47,923 nucleotides of DNA from an uncultured Bacilli bacterium. GTDB lineage: Bacteria; Bacillota_I; Bacilli_A; RF39; UBA660. Below are positions 9,775 through 21,100 of the stretch, piece after piece; positions within the stretch are counted from its first letter, which is position 1; each line of letters starts with the position of its first letter. The stretch covers positions 1-47,923 of the forward strand of contig CANQGB010000003.1 in the NCBI GenBank assembly GCA_947600335.1, given 5' to 3'. The translations under genes were made by a program, and so were the position numbers. The notes under the pieces are model-generated. The model saw only the letters and a program-made list of their open reading frames with translations. It was not told the DNA's origin and did not search any database.

Positions 9775-10002
9775 TTATTTAATTTCATCTTGAATTTCTT
9801 GGGTTATTTTTGAATATTTATGTTGTTCTTGTTGTAATCTTTTCTTCGCTTCTTCTATTGTTTCATCATCTTCCTTTAAGAAAGTATCGACAAATTTATC
9901 TTCTATCTTTTGGTAACCACCCACAACTGTATCTTCAATTTTTTTGTAACCACCTACTACAGCTTTTTCAATTTTTTTATTAGCATCTACGATTTTAGAC
10001 AT
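9775..10002 (-). CDS. Small conserved-type protein with 11-aa KKIExxVVGGY repeats
   Basis: KKIEKAVVGGY-KKIEDTVVGGY-QKIEDKFV. RBS AAGGAAG. Confidence 0.75.
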   Translation of the reverse strand: MSKIVDANKKIEKAVVGGYKKIEDTVVGGYQKIEDKFVDTFLKEDDETIEEAKKRLQQEQHKYSKITQEIQDEIK

Positions 10003-10026
10003 CCATATTTCTTCCTTTCAATAATT

Positions 10027-10105
10027 AGACACTTGTCTTTTTTTTACAATTTTAATATAATCTATTTAAAAGTGAAAAACAATCAACAATTTATCGACAT
10101 TTGTC
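10027..10105. promoter_or_regulatory. Two palindromic operator candidates (GACA-N2-TGTC) in the TetR divergon
   Basis: AGACACTTGTCT at 10027-10038 and GACATTTGTC at 10096-10105. Confidence 0.55.
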
Positions 10106-10129
10106 CAATTAATACAAGGAGTGAACTAT

Positions 10130-10666
10130 GTGAATACACCAAATAATAAAAGAAAAAAAGAAACAAGAGATAAAATTAGTAAAGTATTTATAACTTTATT
10201 ACAAACTAAAGAAATAAATGAAATCTCCGTTACTGACATTTGTAAGCATGCTAAAATAAATCGTTCTACTTTTTATGTTAATTATCTTGATATTTATGAT
10301 TTAGCAGACAAAATCGGGCAAGAATTAGAACAAGATGTGTTATCTTTATATCAAGAAGAAAGAGATACTAATCATAATTCAAACGATTTTTTAAAACTTT
10401 TTAAACATATAAAAGATAATCAAATATTTTATAAAACCTATTTCAAATTAAAAATGGACCAAAACCTTATTACCCAAGAATACGATTATCATTTATCAAA
10501 AAAATTATATGATGATAAATACATTGATTACCACATGGAATTTTTTAAGGCTGGACTTAATGCTATTATTAAAAAATGGCTTGATAATAACTGTCAAGAA
10601 TCTCCCGAAGAAATCGAAAATATCTTAAAGAGTGAATATTTAACCAAACATAATATTCAAAACTAA
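10130..10666 (+). CDS. TetR/AcrR-family transcriptional regulator
   Basis: ISVTDICKHAKINRSTFY HTH and C-terminal IIKKWL...ESPEEI. GTG at 10130 is correctly spaced from AGGAG. Confidence 0.9.
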   Translation: MNTPNNKRKKETRDKISKVFITLLQTKEINEISVTDICKHAKINRSTFYVNYLDIYDLADKIGQELEQDVLSLYQEERDTNHNSNDFLKLFKHIKDNQIFYKTYFKLKMDQNLITQEYDYHLSKKLYDDKYIDYHMEFFKAGLNAIIKKWLDNNCQESPEEIENILKSEYLTKHNIQN

Positions 10667-10680
10667 ACTGCTATTATTCA

Positions 10681-11184
10681 TTAAAGCCAATTTTCTATTT
10701 TGTTTCTTGAATTTACACATTCAGTTCCTTTTATAGCCATATTATCATTTAAAATAGTGGCCCCTGGACATATTTTCTTAATATCTTCTACAACATTAGC
10801 TAATCCTGAACCTTCATGAGTTGTTACTATTCTTACTATTTTACCTGTAAAATCTAAATCTTTGATGGCCGTTTCTATTTCTGGTGCGAAACTACCCCAA
10901 TAGACTGGTGTCATAATATAAATTACTTCATATTGCGAAATATCATTTATCTTATTTTTTATCGGAGCATTTCCTACTCTTTGTTTTGCTTCTTCAATAC
11001 ACTTATTATATTCCTTACTATACGGTATTAATGGTTCTACTTTAAATAAATCAGCTCCCACAATATCCCTTACATATTCCGCAATATATTCCGTATTTCC
11101 TTTATTAACGTACCCTACAGCATAATTTTCATCTGCTCTTGAAAAATAGATAACCAAACTTTTCATATTTTTAAATTCACTCAT
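10681..11184 (-). CDS. Flavodoxin (Flavodoxin_4 type)
   Basis: LVIYFSRA...GNTEYIA, TPVYWG, TTHEGSG. Confidence 0.9.
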   Translation of the reverse strand: MSEFKNMKSLVIYFSRADENYAVGYVNKGNTEYIAEYVRDIVGADLFKVEPLIPYSKEYNKCIEEAKQRVGNAPIKNKINDISQYEVIYIMTPVYWGSFAPEIETAIKDLDFTGKIVRIVTTHEGSGLANVVEDIKKICPGATILNDNMAIKGTECVNSRNKIENWL

Positions 11185-11222
11185 ATTTAAATCTCCTTAT
11201 CTTATTATTAATTTTAATTTCT

Positions 11223-11801
11223 TTAATCTTTTATTTTAATTCCCAATATTGTAGCTAAATCCATAGCTTGAAAACTATTAACAGTTAAACCTCTTAAATC
11301 TTCTATCTTAACCAATATATTCGAAATATCACAAGTTCTAAAATCAAGATGCTCTAATTTTGTATTACTAAAATCAGCTCCCATTAACTTACAATTATCA
11401 AAAGTTGTCTTATTAATAGCTTCTAAAGCAATAAAATTACTTTCACTAATATCACAATCACTAAAGTTCACCTTATTTAAAATACTCTCTGATAAATTAC
11501 TATACCGCATAGAACAAGCTTTAAATGAAACATTCTCTAAATGAATATTCATCATATTCGTACCAATAAATTTTGAATTAATATAAACATTGCCCTTACT
11601 TATAAACTTGGAGTATATTGCATTGGAAAAATCACAATCTATAAACTGGCATTCTAAAAAATATATATTAGATAAATCATGCTTAGAAAAATCGACATTT
11701 TTAAATATACAATTTACATAGTCATTATAATTTTCTTCAAAAATCATATTTTCAAAAGTTTCATCTTTACATTTCATTTTAATAGCCCTCCCATTTTCCA
11801 A
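11223..11801 (-). CDS. Pentapeptide repeat protein
   Basis: Tandem xxF/L pentapeptides (CQFID CDFSN, ADFSN TKLEH LDFRT). Likely start at 11777. Confidence 0.85.
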   Translation of the reverse strand: MENGRAIKMKCKDETFENMIFEENYNDYVNCIFKNVDFSKHDLSNIYFLECQFIDCDFSNAIYSKFISKGNVYINSKFIGTNMMNIHLENVSFKACSMRYSNLSESILNKVNFSDCDISESNFIALEAINKTTFDNCKLMGADFSNTKLEHLDFRTCDISNILVKIEDLRGLTVNSFQAMDLATILGIKIKD

Positions 11802-11823
11802 AAATATTAATCTACTATCTTAA

Positions 11824-12705
11824 TTATATTTTGACTTTTATAATTAAACAATTATTTTTATAAATGGCTTGAATTTCTCCACCTATTAAATCTATTAGCT
11901 GTTTAGCAATAGATAATCCGATTCCATTCGATTTCTTAGCACTCCTAACAGTATAATACCTATCAAATATCTTTTCCAAACTAACATTGTCTAATCTAGT
12001 TGTTTTATTAGAAAATTCTATTACTCCATCATTATATAATTTAACATTAAAATCTTTTTCACTATACTTTATAGCATTAGAAATAATATTTTCAAATATT
12101 CTTTTTACCATATTTTTATTAGTATATCTCATAATTTTTTCATTACAAATACTTATACTCGGACTTATATTATTTTTCTTAAACAAATCATAAAAACCAA
12201 CCATAGTATCTTCTAAAATATCATTAATACAGATATTTTCTTTAGTTAACTCTTTTTCAATATCTAAACTTTTAGAATAATCAAAAAGTTGTTCCGTAAG
12301 TTCAATTAAATCTTCAACTTTTCCATCAATAATTTTAAGATACTCAATTTGTTTTTTAGTAAGATTTTTACTATCTAATAAATCAAGATAACCCCTTATT
12401 GCTGTAAGAGGTGTTCTTAAATCATGAGATATATTAGTAATCGAAGACTTCAGTTCTTGATTCCCATTTTTATATTCTAATTCCAGTTTTCTTAAATCTT
12501 TTAAATTTTTATTCAAATTCTTAACAAAGTTTTTTAAGGTTTTATCATTAGTATTAATCGTAATTAAATTATTCGTATCTGATTTTATAATACTTGTTAA
12601 CGATTCACTTATATTTTTTATTTCCTTTTTTAATATGTATATTTTGACTATTAAAAAACTAGAAATAATTAAAACTATGAAAAATATATAAAACCAAATA
12701 CTCAT
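11824..12705 (-). CDS. Sensor histidine kinase, single TM (intramembrane-sensing type)
   Basis: H-box SHDLRTPLTAI, N-box NAIKY, IFDRYY, GIGLSIAK. Confidence 0.92.
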   Translation of the reverse strand: MSIWFYIFFIVLIISSFLIVKIYILKKEIKNISESLTSIIKSDTNNLITINTNDKTLKNFVKNLNKNLKDLRKLELEYKNGNQELKSSITNISHDLRTPLTAIRGYLDLLDSKNLTKKQIEYLKIIDGKVEDLIELTEQLFDYSKSLDIEKELTKENICINDILEDTMVGFYDLFKKNNISPSISICNEKIMRYTNKNMVKRIFENIISNAIKYSEKDFNVKLYNDGVIEFSNKTTRLDNVSLEKIFDRYYTVRSAKKSNGIGLSIAKQLIDLIGGEIQAIYKNNCLIIKVKI

Positions 12706-12719
12706 TAATAATCGCCTTT

Positions 12720-13559
12720 CTATTTTAATTCTTTTTTCTTAAATAACCTAAGTCCTATCCCTGTAAATATTACTATATTTGCTAAAGAATATAAAGAAAT
12801 TTTTGCTAAATTAGGTTTGATTCGTCCAGCAATTTGATACATTTGACCAGCCGGATTAACATCCGCCAAAAATTGATATATCTTTCTTGCATTTTCACTA
12901 GGATAAAAAGGATTAGGTTCTTCTATATATTTAAACTCCATCGTGTCGGCATTAGTTATTTGGCCCTTTTGAATATATTCTGTTTCACTTAAAATACTAA
13001 AACAAGTAAGAGCCCCAATCATTAAAACTACAGTTAAAACAATATTTATGATGGTACTAATGGTTTGATTGGATATCAACATTGTAATAAAGGTAAATAT
13101 ACTCGAATAAGTAATTATAGTTATAAAAATACAACCAATTAATTTGAATAATACTGTTAAAGACATAGTAATCTTGCCAAATAAGGGAATCCCTAGAACT
13201 ACAATCACTACCAAAAATATAATATAAGCCATTAAACTGACAAGCGAAACAATTACTAAATTTGATAAATAGATATTAGCTCTATTATGACCGATACTAA
13301 TCTTATTTCTTAATGTTCCATCAAAATACTCTATTCCTAAAAATATGCTAGTAAAAATCGCACTGGCCATTCCAATAACAGTTGAATAATTTAACATAAG
13401 TTGTTCTACTTCTATTACTTTTCCATACTTATTCACATCAAGCCATTGGGTATAACACATAAATAAAGCTAAACCTATACTAAAGACTAAAAATGTCCAA
13501 AATACTTTATTTTTTCTTAATCTCGTAAAACCAGCATTTAATAACCTAATCATTTGCAT
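12720..13559 (-). CDS. ABC-2-type permease (bacitracin/lantibiotic-resistance-like)
   Basis: Six TM segments, EY.DGTLRNK...GH.R motif, ends FKKKELK. Confidence 0.85.
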   Translation of the reverse strand: MQMIRLLNAGFTRLRKNKVFWTFLVFSIGLALFMCYTQWLDVNKYGKVIEVEQLMLNYSTVIGMASAIFTSIFLGIEYFDGTLRNKISIGHNRANIYLSNLVIVSLVSLMAYIIFLVVIVVLGIPLFGKITMSLTVLFKLIGCIFITIITYSSIFTFITMLISNQTISTIINIVLTVVLMIGALTCFSILSETEYIQKGQITNADTMEFKYIEEPNPFYPSENARKIYQFLADVNPAGQMYQIAGRIKPNLAKISLYSLANIVIFTGIGLRLFKKKELK

Positions 13560-14460
13560 TACCTCTAATTAAATTCATATAGTAATTTTCTAAAGATTCT
13601 TCTTGTTCATGAATCTCATCTACTTCTAAATTTCTCTTGGCAAGTTCTTTAATGAATTTAGACAAATTATAGTTTCCATAAACATATATTGTCTTTTTAT
13701 CTATCACTTCGTAAGGCATATTTTTTTCTTCAAAATATTTAACAAATTCTTCTAACTTATCAACTTTTAGGATAAGTTTATGATTCATCCTTTTTATAAG
13801 TTCTTCCTTACTTATCTCTTTAATAATAAACCCCTTATCTAAAAATCCATAGTGGGTGGCCACTTTAGACAATTCATCTAAATAATGACTAGATATTAAA
13901 ATAGTTATTCTTTTTTCTTTATTTAATTTTAAGATTAATTCTCTTATTTCAATGATTCCTTGGGGGTCCAGTCCATTAATCGGTTCATCTAAAATCAAAA
14001 AATCTGGATTAGTAACTAAAGCCATCGCAATTCCTAATCTCTGTTTCATTCCTAAAGAAAATTGTTTAACTTTCTTCTTACCTATATTTTCTAATCCCAC
14101 CAATTTTAATAAGTCATCTATTTCTTCAAAACTTGGCATCCCTACTAATTGGGCTTGAATTAACAAATTATCTTTAGCCGACAAATCTTCATATATAGAA
14201 GGGCTTTCGATAATCGCTCCCATTCTTTTTCGCACACTCGATATAGCCCTACTATCATTCTTAATACCATAAATTGTATAATTTCCACTTGTCGGTTCTT
14301 GTAGACCACAAATAATTCTTATTAAAGTAGTTTTACCGGCTCCATTTTTACCAATAAGACCATATATTGAACCTTTTTCGATATGCATATTTAAATTAGT
14401 TAATGCTTTAAAATTTTTATATTTCTTTAAAAGATTATTTGTTTCTAAAACTAACTCCAT
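13546..14460 (-). CDS. ABC transporter ATP-binding protein (BcrA/LanF-like)
   Basis: GKNGAGKTT, FSLGMKQRLGIA, ILDEPINGLDP, SSH. Confidence 0.92.
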   Translation of the reverse strand: MELVLETNNLLKKYKNFKALTNLNMHIEKGSIYGLIGKNGAGKTTLIRIICGLQEPTSGNYTIYGIKNDSRAISSVRKRMGAIIESPSIYEDLSAKDNLLIQAQLVGMPSFEEIDDLLKLVGLENIGKKKVKQFSLGMKQRLGIAMALVTNPDFLILDEPINGLDPQGIIEIRELILKLNKEKRITILISSHYLDELSKVATHYGFLDKGFIIKEISKEELIKRMNHKLILKVDKLEEFVKYFEEKNMPYEVIDKKTIYVYGNYNLSKFIKELAKRNLEVDEIHEQEESLENYYMNLIRGNAND

Positions 14461-14484
14461 AATCTTTCTCCTTTCTAAACATCT

Positions 14485-14540
14485 ATTCTAATTGAAAAAT
14501 GTTAAGAAAACAGTTAACAAAATGTTAAGATTTTATTAAG
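14485..14540 (-). promoter_or_regulatory. OmpR-type direct-repeat sites and -10 box for the ABC operon
   Basis: TTAA cores at 14502, 14514, 14525 and 14536 (11-12 bp spacing), AATGTTAAGA present twice, TAGAAT at 14490-14485. Confidence 0.6.
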
Positions 14541-14541
14541 A

Positions 14542-15198
14542 TTATTCCTTTATTTTAAACCCTAATCCCCAGACAGATTCTATATATTCATTCTTGGTAT
14601 ACTTTCTAATTTTCTTTCTTAAGTTGCTAATATGAACTCTTAACGAATTTTCATCACAATCTTCGGTATCAATACTTATTAAATCTAATAATTTATTTTT
14701 GGTAATCACCTGAGTAGGATTTAAAAGTAATTGCTTTAAGATTGCATATTCAGTCTTAGTTAAATTTATCTTGTGTTTAGAAACAATAAGGGTACGATTA
14801 TCGAGTAGTAATTCCAATTCTTTATACTTCAAAGTTTGAGCCTTAACAGTTTTGTCTCTTAGTTGGACTTTTATTCTAGCTAGTAACTCACTACAATCAA
14901 AGGGTTTAGTTATATAATCATTAGCCCCTTTTAATAAACAATTTACTTTATCCTCACTTGATATTTTAGCCGACAAAACTATTATTGGCGTCTCATTTAC
15001 TTTTTCAATTATTTCTTCCCCATTAATTGCTGGCAACATTAAATCAAGTAATATTAAATCATATTTTTCTTTTTCCAAGAGCAACAATGCTTCAGTTCCT
15101 GAATATGCATTATCTACCTCATAAGCTTCTTTTTTTAATAATTCCTGAATTATATTATGAATACTAATATCATCTTCTACAATTAAAATCTTGGCCAT
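14542..15198 (-). CDS. OmpR/PhoB-family response regulator
   Basis: ILIVEDD, LLDLMLP, GANDYITKPF, VHISNLRKK, SVWGLGF. Confidence 0.95.
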   Translation of the reverse strand: MAKILIVEDDISIHNIIQELLKKEAYEVDNAYSGTEALLLLEKEKYDLILLDLMLPAINGEEIIEKVNETPIIVLSAKISSEDKVNCLLKGANDYITKPFDCSELLARIKVQLRDKTVKAQTLKYKELELLLDNRTLIVSKHKINLTKTEYAILKQLLLNPTQVITKNKLLDLISIDTEDCDENSLRVHISNLRKKIRKYTKNEYIESVWGLGFKIKE

Positions 15199-15262
15199 AT
15201 ATTATCACCTTCAAAAAAATTTTTCTAACACTTACTTGATTAATAAGCTATCACTATTTTCC

Positions 15263-17872
15263 CTATTCATCTTTAAAAAACTTAGCAATGACCGGTTTTA
15301 ATATTTCCATTATTATAAACGATACAATATTAACTAAAATTACAAACAGTAATTGAGAAATCGTTATTAATGTTAAACCAAAAATCTTTCCTATTGGAGT
15401 TAAAAATACTAATAACTGAACTAATAACAACCCTAAAATACCTATATTTAAATATTTATTACTAAATAATCCTCTTTTATATATTGGCTCTTTTAAAGCC
15501 CGACAATTATAAGCAAAAACAAATTCATTAATAATGATACTCAATAAGGCTAAAGTTTGAGCAATTACCGTTCCTAAATACAAAAAATGGTAATAAACAT
15601 ACAAACTAATAAAAGTTTCAAGTACAACTGATATTATTAAAAATGCCCTAAAAAAACTTGTAAATATTCTTTTGCTTAAACCATTAGGTTTTCGATGCAT
15701 CACATCTTTCGAAGCCGCTTCAAATGCCAAAGTTATCGATGGAATAGTATCAGCCACCAAATCAATATATAATACATGAATAGCCGAGATAATTGGATGA
15801 CCACTTAATAAACCAAATAAGATAATTAATATTTCCGTAAAATTACTTGATAAATTATAGAGCACATTAGTTATAACATTGTCATATATTCTTCGTCCTT
15901 CTTCAACTGCTGTAGTTATTGTATTAAAACTATCATCTAATAAAATAATATCTGAAACATCTTTAGTAACATCTGTTCCACTTTTACCCATTCCAATTCC
16001 AACATTAGCTAATTTAATTGCTGGTGAATCATTTACTCCATCACCTGCCATTGCAACAACTTTTCCTAATTTTTGGAAGGCTTTAACTATTCTCAACTTA
16101 TTCTCCGGACTTACTCTAGCAAATACAGAATATTTCTTAATATACCTAACTAATTCTTCATCGGTAATTTTATCTAACTTAGTTGCATCCAAACATTCAG
16201 CATTACTTTGACAGATACCTACTTCTTTAGCAATCGCTGTTGCCGTAAGTAAATTATCTCCCGTAAGCATAATTGGTCTAATCTTGGCATTTAAACAAGT
16301 TTGAATAGATTCTTTAATATTATCTCTAATCGGGTCTTTTAAACCAACCAAGCCCACTAATACTAAATCATCTTCTTCGTTAAAATAATCATCTACTTTT
16401 TCAATATTTTTCTTAATTGGCTTATAAGCAAAGGCCAAAACTTTTAAAGCATCTTGAGCCATAGTTGCATCAAATTCTTTATATAGCTTTTCTATCTCTT
16501 TTGACAAATTCACAATTTTATCTTCTACTAATACTTTGGTACATTTATTTAATATGGCTTCAAATCCACCTTTAGCATATAAAACTTTTTTTCCATCCAT
16601 TTCATAAACAAAACTCATCATTTTTCGATTAGAATCAAATGGTAATTCCATAATTTTTTTATTATTTAAAGTTTTAATATCATTTTCTTGCAAATAATTC
16701 TTTAACGCAACATCGACAGCATCACCATTATAATTGTTACTTTCATCAATCACCGCCGTATTACAATACGCTATAATATCAATCAATTTGGGATAATTTT
16801 TGATTTCTTTTAATTCTATCCTTTTACCATCTAAAAATACTTTCGTAACTTCCATTTTATTTTGGGTTAAGGTTCCCGTTTTATCACTACAAATTATTTC
16901 CGTTGCCCCTAAAGTTTCAATAGCCTTTAAATTTCTGACAATAGCATTTTTCTTCGCCATTTGACTTACACCAATCGAAAGAGTAGCCGTAATAGCAACA
17001 GGTAAGCATTCGGGTACACTAGCTACAATCATAGAAATACAAAGCATTATAATATTTAAAAAACTATAATTATTGATTAAACCATATATCAAAACAAAAA
17101 TTACTAAAAAACTGGCCACCATCGTTATAAATTGACTTATTTTTTGAATTTTCATTTGTAAAGGTGTTATTGGTTCTTCTTTACTATCCATACTTGAAGC
17201 AATTTTTCCTAATTCGGTATTCATTCCGGTAGCCACGACAATCGCTTCAATTTTACCAGCCACTAAAACTGTTCCCGAATAAACCATATTTTTTCTTTCG
17301 GAAAGCGAAACATCATTAATAATAACATCTTTTACTTTATCAACACTTAAACTTTCCCCCGTTAATAATGATTCATCAACCTTACCAAAATAACTTTCTA
17401 CAACTCTTGCATCAGCCGGAATTTTATCCCCTGCTTCTAAAAATAAATAATCTCCTACTACTAAATTCTTAGCATTAATTTCTTTATATTTTCCATTTCG
17501 TTTAACGGTAACATAATTAGTCGAATACTTTTTTAATTTTCCAATTGCATCCTCAGCTTTATATTCTTGTAAAAAGCCCATAAAACAATTCAACAAAGAA
17601 GTACCTAATATTACTATCGGCTCTAAAAAATCACTTTTAGTAATTATGGCATATATCAAAGATAATACTCCAACCACTAATAAAAGAATCACCATTATAT
17701 TTTTAAATTGATTAAAAAATATTTGAGTTTTAGTTTTTTTATTTCTTTCAATAAGTTCATTTTTTCCATTTATCTTCTGTAATTTTTTAACTTTTTCTAA
17801 AGTCAAACCATTTTTTTTAATATTCAATTCTTTATAAATCTCATCAATTGTTTTTTTATATGCCTCATTCAT
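15263..17872 (-). CDS. Cation-transporting P-type ATPase (P2A, Ca2+-like)
   Basis: TGES, PECL, DKTGTLT, TGDN, GDGVNDSPA. Confidence 0.95.
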   Translation of the reverse strand: MNEAYKKTIDEIYKELNIKKNGLTLEKVKKLQKINGKNELIERNKKTKTQIFFNQFKNIMVILLLVVGVLSLIYAIITKSDFLEPIVILGTSLLNCFMGFLQEYKAEDAIGKLKKYSTNYVTVKRNGKYKEINAKNLVVGDYLFLEAGDKIPADARVVESYFGKVDESLLTGESLSVDKVKDVIINDVSLSERKNMVYSGTVLVAGKIEAIVVATGMNTELGKIASSMDSKEEPITPLQMKIQKISQFITMVASFLVIFVLIYGLINNYSFLNIIMLCISMIVASVPECLPVAITATLSIGVSQMAKKNAIVRNLKAIETLGATEIICSDKTGTLTQNKMEVTKVFLDGKRIELKEIKNYPKLIDIIAYCNTAVIDESNNYNGDAVDVALKNYLQENDIKTLNNKKIMELPFDSNRKMMSFVYEMDGKKVLYAKGGFEAILNKCTKVLVEDKIVNLSKEIEKLYKEFDATMAQDALKVLAFAYKPIKKNIEKVDDYFNEEDDLVLVGLVGLKDPIRDNIKESIQTCLNAKIRPIMLTGDNLLTATAIAKEVGICQSNAECLDATKLDKITDEELVRYIKKYSVFARVSPENKLRIVKAFQKLGKVVAMAGDGVNDSPAIKLANVGIGMGKSGTDVTKDVSDIILLDDSFNTITTAVEEGRRIYDNVITNVLYNLSSNFTEILIILFGLLSGHPIISAIHVLYIDLVADTIPSITLAFEAASKDVMHRKPNGLSKRIFTSFFRAFLIISVVLETFISLYVYYHFLYLGTVIAQTLALLSIIINEFVFAYNCRALKEPIYKRGLFSNKYLNIGILGLLLVQLLVFLTPIGKIFGLTLITISQLLFVILVNIVSFIIMEILKPVIAKFFKDE

Positions 17873-17951
17873 GTAACAACACCTCCGTCTTAAATCATCA
17901 AGTTATCACTAACTATTTTATATCTTTTTCTTAACAATCTAATTATACTAC

Positions 17952-17983
17952 AAAAAAAGCAAACCTTATATACGGTTCACTTC
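17952..17983 (-). terminator. Intrinsic terminator downstream of the SNF2 gene
   Basis: Minus strand AAGTGAACC-GTATAA-GGTTTGCTT followed by a T run. Confidence 0.65.
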
Positions 17984-18129
17984 TAAAAATCTAATTCTCC
18001 AACTTAGAAAATAATCAACAATTAAATATAACTCATAATTTAACAAATAACTAAAAATATAACCAAAAAATATTTAACTTTTTTCATAACTTACTCCAAT
18101 TTTTTATAAATATTATATCAAAAATCTTC

Positions 18130-21100
18130 TTAGGATTTTACTAATTCATCTTCATTATCCATTGTTAATAAGTTTTGAATATCTTTCTCTGTTAATTTTG
18201 AGAAAATATTTTGGTCTCTATCAGCATCCTCGATTAAAGCATCACTCAATACTTTTTTCTTATTTTGCAGTTCTAAAATTCGTTCTTCAATAGTTCCTTT
18301 ACAAATTAGTTTAATAACTTCAACTGTGTTAGTTTGACCGATTCGATGGGCTCTATCAGTAGCTTGATTTTCTACTTGTGGATTCCACCATAAATCTAAG
18401 TGAATAACTACATCCGCACTTGTTAAATTAAGTCCTGTTCCACCGGCTTTTAATGTAATTAAGAAAACATTTGTGTCATCATTATTAAACTTATCAACTA
18501 ATTCCATTCTTTTTTTCGATGGCACACTACCATCTATTACATAGGAAGTAATATTATTTTTATCAAACTCTCTTTTGACAATATCTAAAGCAGTTTTAAA
18601 ACTAGTAAATAAAAGTATCTTATGTTCATTTTCAATAATGCCTTTAACAATCTCAATTAAATTAGTTATTTTAGCACTACCACCCGTATAATTTTCATAG
18701 ATAATACTAGGATCAATACATAATTGCCTTAATTTAGTCAATAATTGTAATATTTTAAAATTACCTTTTTTAAAACCTTCTGTTCGTAATATTTCATCTA
18801 GTTCTTCCCGCGTTTTTTTAAGAGTTGCTACATAAATTTTCTTTTGTTCTTCATTTAAATCAATGCTAATATTATTTTCAATTTTAGGTGGTAATTCCTT
18901 AACAACCTCTTTTTTTCTTCGGCGTAAAATAAATGGTTTTATTTGTTCTTTCAAACTATCCAAATTTTTCAAATCATCTTCTGTTATATCTTTAATATTA
19001 TATTTTTGTTGAAAACGAGTAATCTCAGCCAAATATCCTGGCATTATAAAATCAAAAATACTCCATAATTCCATAACGGAATTTTCTAAAGGCGTACCTG
19101 TTAAAGCAATTTTAGTATTAGCATGCAAATTTTTAACTACCTTAGTCATTTGGGCATTACTATTTTTAATAGTTTGAGCTTCATCAATGACGACTAATTC
19201 AAAATTAATATTGTTATATATTTCTTTATCTTCTCTTACTAAACCATAAGTAGTAATTAAAACTTGAACATCATTTAATTGTTCTAATTCTTGTTTTCTA
19301 ACCTTTTTATTCTCGGCAAAAACTTTATATTTTAAATCTTGTCCAAATTTATCAAATTCATTTTTCCAATTATAAATTAAAGAGGTTGGAGCAACAATTA
19401 AAAACAAAGCATCCTTTTTTTCTTTAACAATTTCTTTAATTAAATAAATAAGTTGAATTGATTTACCTAAGCCCATTTCATCAGCTAAAATACCGCCAAA
19501 ACCACATTTATAAATATTATAAAGCCATTTAACTCCAATTTCTTGATAATCACGCAAGATTTTTTTATCTTCTGCACTTAAACTAATTGGCAAATCTTTA
19601 TAAGAATTAAAGTTATTTATTAATTGGTCAAATAAATTATTGGTTTTAATAATATTATATTTCTTACTTTTTAAGCTATCTAAATAAATTGCTCGATACT
19701 TAGGAATAACCCCATGACCATTTTTAATATCCTTAGTTGATAAATCCATCGTAGCTACTAAATTATCAAATTGTTCCAAATCTTCGTTACTTAAATTTAA
19801 AAAGTCGCCACTTTTCATTCGATAATATTTTTTCTTTTGTCTAAAAGCATCTAAAACTGATAATATTTCTGACTGCGGAATACTACCTAAATCAAAGTCA
19901 TAACTCATAATATTATCTTCCCCAATACTAAAGCTAGAACGAATATTATTTTCGCGAATAATTTTAGCATTTTTTAAATTTTCGGTAGTAAATACTTCAT
20001 AATCATTAGCTAGGTTTTGAAAACCTTCTTCTAATAAATAAACCATCGTATCAATATCATCTAAATATATTTTATTATTATCAATTTTAAATCCTAAATC
20101 TAATAAAGTTTTAATAACCATATTTTCCGTTTCAATATCTCGTAAAACAACGGAATTTTCTTCAAAATAAGCTATTTCTTGTTCTTGATAAACAAATACA
20201 GGATTACAGAAAATAATATCTTCCTTAATATCAAAATAAAGTTTAGCTTGTGGTTTAACTCCTAAAATTATCTCATTTTCTACTGTTTTATCTAAAACAA
20301 CATTATTTTTAATAATTGGCATTATACTTTCTTTAAAAGATGGAAAATCTTCTTCTAAAATAGTTATATCTTCCACTTCATTTTCATTCATTAAAGAAAG
20401 TATTTTTGAAAACTTATCTGGTAAAATATACAAGGTATCATTTTGAACTACATATTTGTAATCACTAGTTAGAGCAATTATGTTATCATCCACAAAAGAT
20501 AAATTATATTCCACATTTTCTTTCTTAAAGTTTAATTTAAAAGGATTACCTTCTTCAATTTTATTAATAACTCCATAACCTTCTATCATAAATTCTTTAT
20601 TGCGCAGTAGATCAATAAAAGCTGAAAATTCTTGAGCTTTGATACTAAAGTTTCGATAATTATAATAATAATTTTTATTATTTATTTTTGATAAATACTT
20701 AATTATAGCTTCATCCTCTTTTGAAAAAAAGAAATTTCGGGGATTATAAGTTAATTCTTTTCCAAATTTTAGTTCTTCCCGTTCTTCATTATAAACACTT
20801 AAAAATTCTGATAGTCTAATATTTAAATTATACATTTTTTTCTCACCGATTTTAAAATTTAAATAAACTAAATCATCATAATAGCTTTGAGAAAAAGTTA
20901 AACTAACATCTATGTGTAATTGTTTTTTGACATTATTAATTTTATTTATAGGGGAAGAAAATTCTTTTAAAAGCATTTTGGATAAATAAATTTTTTTATC
21001 TTCTAAGGCCATCTCAAAAATATCATCATGATATTCGATAAGACAAGCAGCAACATGCTTACAACTAGAAGCTTTTTTAAACTGCGGACAATCACATGAA

